Below, piece after piece: positions 26,560 to 38,884 of a stretch of DNA of 64,000 nucleotides. The DNA comes from Trichosphaerium sp. ATCC 40318. Lineage: Eukaryota > Protista > Tubulinea. Below the pieces are notes generated by a model that saw only the letters and a list, made by a program, of their open reading frames with translations, did not search any database and was not told where the DNA came from. The position numbers were made by a program, and so were the translations under genes. The stretch spans positions 62,001 through 126,000 of the forward strand of contig JALMLS010000165.1 in assembly GCA_038496445.1 (NCBI GenBank), in the 5' to 3' direction. How positions within the stretch are numbered: position 1 is the first letter of the stretch; the number at the start of each line of letters is the position of its first letter.

Positions 26560-29506
26560 GTTATGTAGTTCATGGCGAATACTATATGTACCTATATGAA
26601 TAGAGTCTTTCTTTGGTAACAATGGTGATGAAACTTTTGGAGGAACAATCGGAATATCAGGTCTATTTCAAAAAAATTAGTCAAAAAACATATTTCACCC
26701 CAACAACAGGGCTTTCTTGCACATACCGATAATGCAGTATTGTAGAAGCCAATCTATCTTTATCTCCATTTTCCCACCAATATGGTATACTTATCAATGT
26801 TATACCTTAAGAGTGACGTTAGACTCTTTCTTACATACGAAAAAAATAAGAAAGGTAGGTACCTTCAGACTCGCACAGCCTGTGCTTGGTATTATCTTTA
26901 TAAATCTGAGCATTTGCAGGCATGAATGCATTTGATAGATCATGAAAATGCTGTTGTCCTTGGTACTCAAAAGCAACATTATATACAGGTATAAAAACAT
27001 CAAGTGTTGTTGTAAAATTTTGTGTAGGTTGGTATTCTTCAATGATATCAATTGTATCACCGAAAATACATTGTAAAGTACTCAAGAGTGCCCTTAAATA
27101 TGAATATAAATAACAAAATATATATCAGTATAAATTACCTTTGAGAGGTCTTTCTATCACGTTCTGAAAACGCATTAAAATTCCATTTAAGTTCGGGGTG
27201 TACCATCTATTAAGAAAAAAATAAGAACCAAATAAAGCGATTCAAGGGTGACTACAATTAAGTTGTTCGATACGAATATTATATATAATATACCTGTAGA
27301 GCATGAGGCCAGTTTTTAATCATACCAGATCCGCCATGTTGAATTATTTGGTCTCGTGAAACACGATACCAATCTAAGTGATTTTGAATTTTTAATGTTG
27401 ATGAAATGCTATCTAGGAAGCGTTTCGTGTTCTCTTTAAGTTGCCAATACTGTAAGCTGAAACGTGCTATTAATAATTGGTTAATATATTCAACAACACT
27501 AATGTATATTCTATGCGTACTGTAAACTCTGGGATCCCAGTCAAAAGAAGGATACATTGATCTTAAGAAGTTTCCAATTTTGTTGTCGTATTTCCTTGAA
27601 AAAAAGTTGTTTAGTTTTTTGTTTACCAAGGAATATCTAATGCGCTTACACTGATAATAAACCTGATCCACCAACAACACACAGTTTTTTTAATGTTACA
27701 GACTTCCAATCGTCAATTGTCTTCAAGTTCAACGCTTGTTCAGCCTATAGATAAACTAGACGTTAGACGGTTTGTGTCAAGTCAAAAAATTAACTAAAAC
27801 TCATCATCATCAAAAACGCACGTGTTCTAAGAATTCTCCTTGTCTATCCCTAGAACTCCAAAACCCACGAGATACATTCGCTTTCAAAAGTAAGTGAAAG
27901 ATATTGCGTTTTTGACTTTTCAAAAATCTTACTAAATTTAAATGGTTTCCACTTTTCTTGAGGATAGTGTTGACGTAGTAACTCTGATACTGACGCACCA
28001 AAAGCCCTAATTTTTGGTTAATCCTACTCGAATTGAAAGAAATAACATCAAATACCATACGTAAGTAGTGCTTGACCACCAGCTCGAATGATATCTTCAT
28101 TTCTTTTGAAATACCAGTCAGTTAAAACTTTCACATCTAACTCTCTTGCCGACTAAAGATGACCCGTGAGCACTAAAGTAGTTTTGCAAAGCAGTCTCAC
28201 TTCTTCTAAGAACCAAATACGATTCTTTTTTGACCTCCAAAAGTGATTTGGCGCCAACACTAGCAAGGTAAACAAAGAGTGAAATAAGAAAAAAAAGCAA
28301 ATAAAGAAAACGTACCAAACTTCCATGGAAGCCAGTTGTACTCTGGATATACTCTTTTCAATAAAGATCGTAAAGGCATTGCTGCATTGTGAGATTTGTA
28401 TAAACTTACACCAGAAATACGCAGGAACAAATTACGATAATTAGGAATCTCGTTTGTTGTAACTTTGAACCAAGCATCCAATTCTTGAATGTCAAGCAGT
28501 CTCTCTAACTAATAACCCTTTAAATATACTTACAGTACAATAGTGAGACCTTTTATACTACATACCTCTCGCATAGCGATAAACGGGTCTCGTTCTCTAA
28601 GGATTTTAGATGTCAAGTCCTCACCTTCTAGAATTATAAAATGAATAAAAAAGCAAAGATTCTGATCAAGAAACGAACCAAATCCACTGAGTTGCCAAGG
28701 TATATCTGGATATGATGTTTCCAAGAACTTTAACAAAGATCCACCGTAATATCTAAAGTAGTAGTTAATACAGTAAGCACTACGCAAGGACCATGCTTGC
28801 TAATAATTTGATTGAGCTTTTTCTTTGTTTCCCAAGAACTCTTGTAAGCCAAGCGTGTACGTACACAAGAATGTCACCTCCAAAGTCATACATATCCTTA
28901 CTCTCTACGCTATACCAGTCTTTTACAGTATAAATGCGGAAATACCTCTCAGCCTAACACTGTAAACGCTCAGAGAAAGAAAACAAACTTTTTTCGATTT
29001 TTTGAAAAAAACACAACGATCTAGCACGTGTATCATTCTCACCTCCTTTACAAAATAAGATCTGTTGCTTTCATCATTAAAGTAACCGTGAGGCGTACTC
29101 GCTACGAGTGTTGGTGAATATTACGCTCAAAAAATATGAAAACGATTGCACAAGCGTACCAAAAGCCCAAGGAACCCAGTACTGCTCTGGATAAACATAT
29201 TGAAGGAATTGACGCAGGGAGTTGTTGAATTTGCTTCAGAAATGATTAGTTGAAGTACTGTAGCGTGGGCACATACTTTAGTATGCCAATACCGCCTACA
29301 AGACGAATATCCTTTCGTTTGAAATGATACCAACTGTCAAGTCTAGTAACACGCAATCTATCTTCTATCTGCGCCGTATACATCAGTAAAGCGAATTAAT
29401 GTCACTTTAGTACTATTTTAGTTGCTTCGTAAATATCATCTGTATAAATGCGTTCAAAAAGCTTTCGAGTACGTCTAAGCTTTATACGAGGCAAAGATCG
29501 TCTCAT
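26560..29506 (-). CDS. Trp-rich ~70-aa tandem-repeat protein with C-terminal RAP/PD-(D/E)xK-like domain (copy 2), Arg-rich N-terminus
   Basis: MRRSLPRIKLRRTRKLF start; about five repeats (GFWSSRDRQGEFLE..IDDWKSV..GG..LRSMYPSFDW); LDVFIPVYNVAFEYQGQQHF..D.TKHRLCESEGITLISIPYWW; 3' end approximate. Confidence 0.72.
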
Positions 29507-29666
29507 TTGAATGTTCGTTATTATTTTAACATAGTACAATCTCTATGTTCGCGCGGAAGTCCCAGCGCTCGCCTATACATACTTGTGCGTACTGTTGTTG
29601 AGTTAAAAAAGGAACGAAGAGTTTAAGCGACAAATCAATTTATTTGTAGCGTTTGTCTCCAAAGCA

Positions 29667-32604
29667 ATGTCTCTTGATAAATACTTCCATCCTAAAACAA
29701 CCAGTACGATATAACGTCATTTGGGAGTTGTTTTCATTCGTTTATTAATTTTTTGAATACAGAACGTAAGCATGTTGCTATTGGTAATACAGCAGTGTCA
29801 ACAGCGCAAATTTCAGACAAACCACCTCCAAAGCGAAGGAAAACAGAATTTAAAGCAGGAAAAGACGTTGTTTGGCCTAAAGATACTAAAACGCAACCAC
29901 AACAGAAACGTACAGACCCAGCACAGATATTTGATAATTTAAACCTTCCAGTGTTAAAAACGACTACACCGAGTATTTCAAGCGAAACAGTGCGTCAAAC
30001 AATTAAATCCAAACGATTTAAAAGCCATACACGATCGTTAACTACCGCCCTTTTTTACCTAATAAGTGACAGAATACTCCTGTTAACCTAGTATCATCAC
30101 CTGAGGATACCTTAGAAGATGCATGGGATAGCTACCATGTTAAATTACCTTGTTCTGCAAAGAGCACTCTGTACAACAAAAACAAACCTGATAAACCGTT
30201 GAGCAGATGGTATTTGATCCAGTCTGTTCTTAGTGAGACTATATCAACTCCAGAAGAGCTACAGGCACGTTAAACCTACAAAAGAAAAATTTTAATCTTT
30301 TCTTTTGTTTGAACGTATCATTACATTCACGGAATTGTTCGCTTTGTGCTTATGGTTTTCTTTAGTCAACAATACTTGCGTATAATAAGCATCCAGAAAT
30401 ATCGGAGGATTGGGAGCTTGATGGTATTGAAACTTTTTTTGAAGATGTACTAGACGAAGAGGTCGCTACTGAGTGAGTACAACTACTTTTTATTCTGATC
30501 AAAGATAAATTTGCTTTTAACATACTTCACGTGTTGCATCACGTGATTTAAAACACCAACTGATATTTTTATAAACAATGTTTTAAAAACATTTTGTTAT
30601 TTGGTGCACGTGCGTGTGCAGTGAACCACGTGATTACTGCTTTGTAAGACTAACTTTTTACCGTTTAGTTTTTTTGTTAATACTCTTCCATTTATACAAA
30701 AACTGGCTTTATCGCTTCCTGATGTTTGTAAAAAGCCTATTCCGTTACTTATTAAATATGTGGATAACTGTATAATGCTATCACAACACCAAATTGCTGC
30801 TTTATTAGCAAATATGTTTTTTTGTACATTCCCAAACAGGTACGTTATTGCAACTGAAATTTGGACCTGAATGCTTGCATTGTTTAAATGGGCTTATGGT
30901 TTCTGTTTTATAGGGAGTATAGAATGTCTGAGAAGCGTTTCAAAGACTACTGTACAGTAAATTTTAACAGGCTTTGGTGTGAACCTTTCAAACCGAACAA
31001 GCAAGAGAAAATCAAAGCTATTATTAGATATTTCGAACAACTTCGTGAAAAAAGTACGTGCTTTCGACATTGTTTTTTTGTCCTTCTTTTGGATGTATTG
31101 ATTGATGTTTAATATTTTTCTTAGTGCCTGATGGTAATGTAACATTTCATCGTCGTGTTACTTCAGATGAGATTGATTGGAGAGAATCTAAAAAACAATT
31201 AAGTAAAGTTGATGTCCACGCAAAAGGTTTAATAGAAGGTTAGTCTTACAGTTATTTAAAAATTGTCAACCAAGTTAATGTGTTTGTATAGATGCTGAGG
31301 GAGATGTTTTACAAGTTGATTTTGCAAATAAATTAATAGGTGGAGGTGTAATAGGCAACGTAAGTTTAGTTTAATCGAACAAGTCAATTTTTTATTTTCC
31401 ATATTTTTTTTTGTTTTACGTCGTTTTCTGGAGTTAAATTTTGGCTATAGGGATGTGTACAGGAGGAAATAAGGTTTATTATTAATACAGAATGTATTGT
31501 AAGCAGACTTTTTACAGCTGGTATGCGATAAGCTTTATTTTTTTGGACAGTTAGATTGTTGTTTCTTAAAAAAAACATTTAGTTCTTGAAGACAATGAGT
31601 GTGTTGTTATTAAAGGAGCTCAACGGTTTACCAACTATGAAGGGTATGCATCAAGTTATAAATGTACTGGAGATTGCAGTGATGAAACTGACAGGTACCC
31701 GAAAGAGGTGTTTGTTTATTCTAACTTTTTGTTTTCTGAAAAAGAGACTCTTTGAAACGGCGGAACCATACGATTGTTGCTATTGATGCAAAGAAGTTTT
31801 CTTCAGTTGGAGTACAATTCCAGTACAAATATATAAACAGAGAGTTAATTAAGGCTCACTGTGGGTTTTCTGCTACTGACTGTCCGAGCACAGCGCCTGT
31901 TGCTACTGGTATGATGAAGTTGTTTTCTCGTTTTTTTCTTTTTTTTTAAAAATTGCCTCACCTCCTTGCCTTTCTAATAAAATAATTTAGGTCATTGGTA
32001 TGTTGTTTATAATAGTAATGGATTACTTAGTATATGGTGAGTTTAAATGCTAATTATTTTTTAAAGGGGTTGTGGCGCTTTTAAAGGTCATAAAGAGTTG
32101 AAAGCTATAATACAAGTTATGGCAGCATCACAAGCTGGAAGAGATGTAATATACTATTGCTTTGGTGATCAAACATTCGTAGATAAGTTTAATAATGTGC
32201 TGGAAGTATGTAAATCTAATTCTGTAACAGTCGGTACGTACCCTTACAAGAACAGTTTTTTTTATCTTGTTTTATCTGCTTTCCCATTTTTTTCGCTTTT
32301 TTTTCTTTGTTGGTTTTTGGCACTGAGGGTACCTCTTTTCATCAATCGTGTTATCAAAACTGTACCTTATGTTAATATTTGGATTTGTGTTAACAGTTCA
32401 AGACTTTGATCTAATTTTGTTCTCGTAGGTCAACTCATGAATGTTTTGACTAAGTATTTATCATTGTACGAGATGGTTTTTTTTATCTTGTTTACTTACA
32501 TGTCTATTAGTTTGAGAACAAATCATAGTAGTGGTAAAAATAACTTCAAATTATTTGATTATTTTCTAGCAAAATACGGAGCAAATAAAGAAAATTCAAG
32601 GTAG
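29667..32604 (+). CDS. PARG: Poly(ADP-ribose) glycohydrolase
   Basis: [45 protein letters not shown] (intact GGG-x-QEE), IVAIDA, INRELIKA, ATGHWGCGAFKG. Confidence 0.95.
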
Positions 32605-32870
32605 CAAAATACCTGTACTCCAATATAAAACTTTCAAAAAAAAAAAAAGACAAAGAACAAAATTTATTCTTTTGCGTTCAAGTTTCACCTTTGAAGTATG
32701 GTGAAGGTCGTCATATAAGGTGTAAATCTTTACATTAGAGGAAAAAATTTTGTGTTTTTAATCACGTGACAATTAGCTAACCTGCAGAGTGAAGCAAAGT
32801 TGTTTTTTTTATTGTATCTTTGTCCTGCCGAAATTAAGATAATCTTAAACTGTTTGTTCTTCGTTTCTAA

Positions 32871-33877
32871 CTAGGAGAACTCATATACTAGCACTGCACC
32901 AAGTATCACGATATCTGCAACAAGACCTAAAAAGTCACAGCCCTTTTTATAATAAACATCAGATCTAATCTTAGACACCATGCGATAAAATGTATCTTTA
33001 TCGTCTTTACTTAGTGGCCTGCTTTGTCCCCATGTTGATACATAAAACACTTTACTCGTATCAACCTTCAAGGTCATAGCTGACTTCACTTCGCAGATCA
33101 ATTTGCTAGGCACCCTGTCCATGTGTGTTACACAAACAATAGGCTTGATTCCTTTAAACAAAAGTAAACACGTGGTATAACACTTAATTAGACATACCTC
33201 CTAATGATGCTATACTCTTACACAGCTTGCTGATTTTTATACATTGTTCAGTAGCTACCGTATCAATGGTCTCTGTATGCTTTTCTGTTGCATTGAAAAA
33301 AACCCACACTTTCTTCACCGTTGTATACGTTCTACTGGATTTTGCTTAGATTGCTGGCATTTTGCTAAACAAGGGATTACCGTACGTTAATTTTTTACAG
33401 AGAGTCTCTGCATTCACAACTAGTATGATGTGATCAATTTTATTGTTAAGATCTTTGATTGGATTGATACGGCGAGAAGTTAAATCAGTACTCTTACATC
33501 CAAACAAAGTCAGTTTTGTTTTGATTAAAAGTATGACACGTACTTCTGCCATTCCTTCAATGAGTGTTTTTATAAGAACAACGTCACTTTCTGACAGAGG
33601 TACGTTGAACGTTCTTCCAGCAGTATCAAAAAAATTAAACGTCTTGGCGTTATTAGTTGTAACCTAAGCTGCTACATTAATCTGTAACAAAGTTCAATGC
33701 TTGTACTTTTAACTGCCCGTATAAACTAGTTCCACGACCTCCTGTTCTACCAGTTGGTAGTCTTGGAATACTCCAACCGCAAAGTAAATGACCAAAGGTG
33801 TTCCCAACACTGCTTTTCCCACTATGATTCTCTCCAACTAGGAGCACATTATAAGCGTCACTTGGCTTGTCATACAT
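32871..33877 (-). CDS. IFI44-like P-loop GTPase, copy A, with C-terminal hydrophobic tail
   Basis: YNVLLVGENHSGKSSVGNTF (G1), FFDTAG (G3), IDHIILVV, PIVCVTHMD (G4); ends FLGLVADIVILGAVLVYEFS. Confidence 0.65.
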
Positions 33878-34095
33878 GTTAAGACAATGTAGATTTTTAA
33901 CGTCAATCACATATTTTTAGAGCGGGGCCACGTGCTTCTGTGAACAGTATTCTTAGTCCATCCACAAGTTGCTGTAAGGAACTGAACTGTAACGTACTTC
34001 CGTATGTCATAATGTAGGTTGAGATTCTGACTGCTGAGTTAAGTCACAGTTCAAATTTTTGATATGATTATCATCACGTGACAGTAACGGCTGTG

Positions 34096-34720
34096 ATGGA
34101 TAATAATAGCTCTACGTACTATGTCGCAAGTTCTGATCCATTTTATACAAAACACATTACAGCAGCTCTAGAACCATTCTACAATACTCGTTCACTAACT
34201 CCAAGCGTCAACAACAAACATAACTACTTTTTTTTCTTCGCTGATACCTCACGAAGTGATATCTTCTTTGATAGACTCGATGGGCGATTGAACCATCAAA
34301 CGGATGTCCTTGAAGATATAGCAAATCTTAACGAAGGTGACTGACGCTTTGTGGTTCTGTAAAACTGACAACAAGCTAACTCAATTTCTTGTTTTTAGGA
34401 AAACTACCATCAAACTTTACAATCATAATTCTTCCTCTATCACCTCAGGCTGATAAAAGAATTCATATTGGAGGATACCTAAGTAGCATAGAGTGCGATT
34501 TTTATCATATAGTTTAATCTCATACCCATGCTTACTTGCACAAAGAGATCATCTTGTTTCGGAGTGGTTTTCACAGGATAGAATTATTATCTGTAGCGAG
34601 AGTGATATGAACGTATTACGCCAAAACCGTATACCAAATGCAATTAAAGTTAATACTTCTGATTTATCATACAAACAACCTTTCTTGCATCGCTTTTTGT
34701 TTTTTTGTGGTAGCAAATAA
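34096..34720 (+). CDS. Small alpha/beta protein, partner gene B (possibly TIR/SEFIR-like)
   Basis: Three exons; near-identical paralog at 34980-36041; pattern YYVASSDPFYTKHITAALEPF..YFFFFA..LEDIANL..IIILPL. Confidence 0.55.
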
Positions 34721-34979
34721 AAAATACTTGTATGGATTAATATTTAGTCTTAATAGTTGTATGAGGTATTATACAACCATTTACTTTGTTGCTATGCTTT
34801 TAGTAAAAAAAGTTGAGATGAATACATAGGTAACCAACCAAGAGAGTAAGCAAGCTAATATTAATTCCTAAGGAGTACAATTTTGTCTTTAACACATGTA
34901 GAAACAACATAAATGTTTGATCAAAATCAAAATCTAGTTATGAACCGTCACACGTGGCTGTATCAACAACAACGCGGTA

Positions 34980-36041
34980 CTAGTTTGTGAAGTTATTTAA
35001 TTGTTCATTTGAACATTCCAAAGTGTTTGGAGTAGCTGATGTAACCTCATTGTTTTCGATTGTTAATTTCTCAGCAGCGTCTGTTGATTTTGTATCTTCC
35101 ATTGGTTTGTCTTGACTTGTACTTTCTATTGTTTCACCCGTTGTATCTTTGTTATGCTCGCTTTCTTCTTTTACAGTAGCACTAAACTTAATAAGTGGCT
35201 GTACATTGAAGGAAATTTGTACGGGATCTCAGAATCGTGGACGTTCTCTTTCAAATTGTCATTTTTAGTCGTTCCAACTGGTTGCTCCAATTGTTTTGTG
35301 TTATCAATAGGAGTATCAGGAGTAAGATCTAACATTGTAACATCTTTCACACCATCTTCAGTGTCCGTTAATACATTGACATTACAGGCCACGTGCATGT
35401 TTTGTGAGAAATCTAAAGTTAGAATCAGTGCCGGCAAAGTGAACGTTGTTGAGAGATGTACAATTGGAAATAAGCTGCCGAATAAAACCTTTTTTGACGA
35501 ACAAGTCTGCGTTTCTGGTTGCAACAATATCAGGGATTATATTTTGGCGTAATAAGTTCATGTCACTCTCAGTACAAATGATAATTCTGTCATTCGAAAA
35601 CCATTTCATAAGAAACGGATCACTGTTTTACAAGGTGTTAGCAGCTATTATATTATGCATAAAGAGCTTACTCTAATACACTTAAGTATCCTCCAATATG
35701 AATTCTTTTATCAGCTTGAGGTGATAGAGGAAGAATTATGATTGTAAAGTTTGATGGTAGTTTTCCTAAAGACAGCTTTGTTTTAGGTGTTGTTAGTTTT
35801 GTAGACTCAAGTCACCTTCGTTAAGATTTGCTATTGCTTCTAGGGCATCTGTTTGATGGTTCAATCGCCCATCAAGTCTATCAAAGAAGATATCGCTTCG
35901 TGAGGTATCAGCGAAGAAAAAAAAGTAGTTATGTTTGTTGTTGACGCTTGGCTGTTGAGAACACGTGATATTGAATGGTTTTAGAGCTAAAGAAATATTG
36001 CTCGCGTAAAATGGATCAGAGCTCGCAAAGTAAGTAACCAT
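34980..36041 (-). CDS. Partner gene B' with acidic/Thr-rich C-terminal extension
   Basis: MVTYFASSDPFYASNISLALKPF..; core almost identical to 34200-34490; extra low-complexity exons 35380-34980 (joining uncertain). Confidence 0.55.
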
Positions 36042-36412
36042 CGAAGGGTAGCGTTCTTCACCCCTATTTCTTTATAATTGACAAGCACGTGACTTAAACA
36101 AACTGGCTACAACCAAATAACGACAACTCAGTCGGAATCTCAACCTCACAGAACGTAGGGTACATTATGACATAATATACCTTACACATAAGTACGTTAC
36201 AGCTCAGTTCCTTACAGCTCAGTTCCTTACAGCAACTTGTGGATGGCCTAAGAATACTATTCAGTTAAAATACCTGGCCTCGACTTTAAACCAGCTACTG
36301 CACTCTTCCGTTACGTGTTGTTACAGCTGTAGACAATATGACTTTGACCATCAAAAACTAACGAACAACAATCCAACTACAAAACTTTAAAAACACCTAC
36401 CAGACGCAACAC

Positions 36413-37410
36413 ATGTCAGAACCAGCAACACAAGCATACAACGTACTTCTAATGGGAGATAACCATAGCGGCAAAAGCAGTATTGGTAACACGTTCGGTC
36501 ATGAACTTGCTGAATGGGATATTCCAAAGCTGCCAGCTGGGAGAAAGGGTGCACGTGGTACAAACAATTTAGGGCGACACATGGTACGGTACTATCATCG
36601 CAACCTGAAATCTATGTTTACTATTTCAATAGATAGAATGTATGAAGCCAATACAGTACAAACGTGAGAGTTGTGAGCCCAAGATACTCAACTTTTTTGA
36701 TACAGCTGGAAGGAAGTTTAGCGTGCCTCTATCAGAAGGTGATATTCTACTTCTCAAACAACTTATTGCAGGGATGAAAGTTGTACGTTTTCATGTTGTA
36801 ACTGTAAGCGCACATTTCTGACTTGTACGGATTATTAGGGTACCGACTTGACAAGCAACAAGTGGATTGATGCTGGCACCAATTCAGACAATAAGATTGA
36901 TCACATCATTCTAGTTGTGAGTGCTGAGACTATTTGTAAGAAAGTAACGTGCGTGTATTTCGCAGGAACCGCCTGACTTAGTTTTAAAAAAAAAAAGGAT
37001 AACTTACACTACTGGTTCGAAAGGATGGTTTAGCGACACGAGGAAAACCCATACCAAAACCACATATGAAATATCTATTGAAGAAGTCAAGTTCATAAAG
37101 GAACTGTACAATGAGAGTATGAAAAGACTTGGTGGAGGTACTACTTTTTGTTCAAGGCCAACTCTTTCTCTGAATTGAACTTCTCTTTTTTTTCATAGCC
37201 TTCTACCCAATTGTTTGCTGCACGCACATGGACAAGGTACCAAATGATAAGGTAGATGATATCAAGCAGGCCTTGAGATTAATGGTTCATGAGACCAACG
37301 TGTTTTTTGTATCTACTTGGGGACTAGATAGAGATATTGAAAAGTACAGAGAGACTTTCAACTTAATGGCACTTAAGATCGTAATGGATGTTGACCAGGC
37401 ATCAAAATAA
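36413..37410 (+). CDS. IFI44-like P-loop GTPase, copy A'
   Basis: YNVLLMGDNHSGKSSIGNTF, FFDTAG, IDHIILVV, PIVCCTHMD, FFVSTWG; same intron layout as copy A; no hydrophobic tail. Confidence 0.65.
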
Positions 37411-37558
37411 ACGTAACACTTCATAGCTCTCCATCATACTGAGATAGTAATAAACGAATTTAACTTTTATAAAACTTGCCACGTGTTTGCCATTCATTAC
37501 CTTAAGTCAACAAACAAACTTAGCTAAGGCAACAGAACTTTCGGAACTTCTACACAAA

Positions 37559-38463
37559 ATGCAGCTTCTACTAGTTCTTTCCTTTGTAGCAATCACATTC
37601 GCACAAATCTACCCAATTCCTCCTGCTTTTAAAAGCGTTCAGTTCGAGTTTACCTCAACAGAAGTTTCCAGTGGTAGATCTGCAACTAGCAATGGTACAA
37701 TGGCGTACATGGGTTCAAATCCAAAGGAGTTCAAATACGTACGCAAAGCACTCCAAAATCGAAACCTACGCTCCCACACGCGACCAATTCTTCTTCTATG
37801 TGTCTAACTTGCATTTGTCGTCAAGTTTGTAACAGCTACAACTGAAGGCCTGACGAGTACAGACGTAGTCATCCAAACATCCTCAAATGTATGTACAGCG
37901 TTATCTTTTCAGTTTCCAACCAAGACTAGCTTGTTGCAGCGAAGTCTTTAAAACAGCAAAATTAGCGCTATCTTAGACGTTATTCTTACTTTTAATTCAA
38001 GAGAACTGAATACAGCACTACCGTTGCAACTGGCAAGTGCCGATCTGCTTCTCAACCACTACCAAACCCAGCAGACCCAGTATGCAACTGGTCTAAAGTA
38101 CGACTTGTTTAGAAGCTTAATTGCGCACTGTCAACTCTACTAATGACTTTGTTATAGACAGGAAACAAGTGGATACAAGCTTGTTCTGGTGTTGATCTAA
38201 ATGTTATCTCGCATGTAGCACTTGATAAAAACGGAGATATCAGCTCTATCTTGGTTGAAATAACTGTTCACCGTAGAGTTTCTAGTGCTAAATACACTGT
38301 AACAAAGACTCTTGCTCCACCTACAGATGCTACATTCGCTGTACGTCTTTGTTTTTAACGTTGCTGTTGAAGTCAATTAACAAACAATATTTCACGTGTT
38401 TGTTTTCTGATGTTATGAACTTGTTACTGATCTCTTCGTTGTCAGGTACCATCGGATTGTTGA
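37559..38463 (+). CDS. Secreted ependymin-related (EPDR)-like protein, paralog 2
   Basis: Signal MQLLLVLSFVAITFA; KSVQFEFT..GTMAY shared with the 14177-15296 gene; ends PPTDATFAVPSDC. Confidence 0.55.
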
Positions 38464-38884
38464 GAGCACCCTTTAAAATATGTCATACAATAACATACTG
38501 CTCACTGGATGCTAATTGTGAGCATTTAATAAAGTTATATTGTATGTTTTTTTCAATTGTTCTCAACATATAAACAAGACAGGAATTTTAGGACGAAAAT
38601 ACATGTAGAAACAACTTTAACTTGTGACTTACAAATAATGGCTTATTTTCACAACGGCTATGCAGGATTCCGTAAACCTTTAGCGTTGTTGCACATGGTA
38701 TGTATACATTGTGAAACAAGAGCCAGGAGTTGATTACTACGTGTAAGTTGTTCGAAATTATTCTCGCAGTTTTTTCTGCAGACAAAATAATTTAAATGGC
38801 GGTTGTAGTCTTACTTCTTCTACTTCTTGGTAGCAATTGTTGCCTATTTTATGCTGGTGAGTTACATATTTTTAAAAACTAGTC

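Larger units (their letters stand above)
32871..37410. repeat. Inverted segmental duplication of a two-gene unit (A<- B-> <-B' A'->)
   Basis: Reverse-complement matches 34200-34345/35810-35952, 34398-34485/35685-35767 and non-coding 33942-34040/36125-36265. Confidence 0.9.

Noticed and set aside
36224-36236. CCTTACAGCAA, matching the Dictyostelium Class I RNA motif
   Set aside because: No flanking terminal stem or upstream DUSE element seen; lies in a tandem duplication and may be chance
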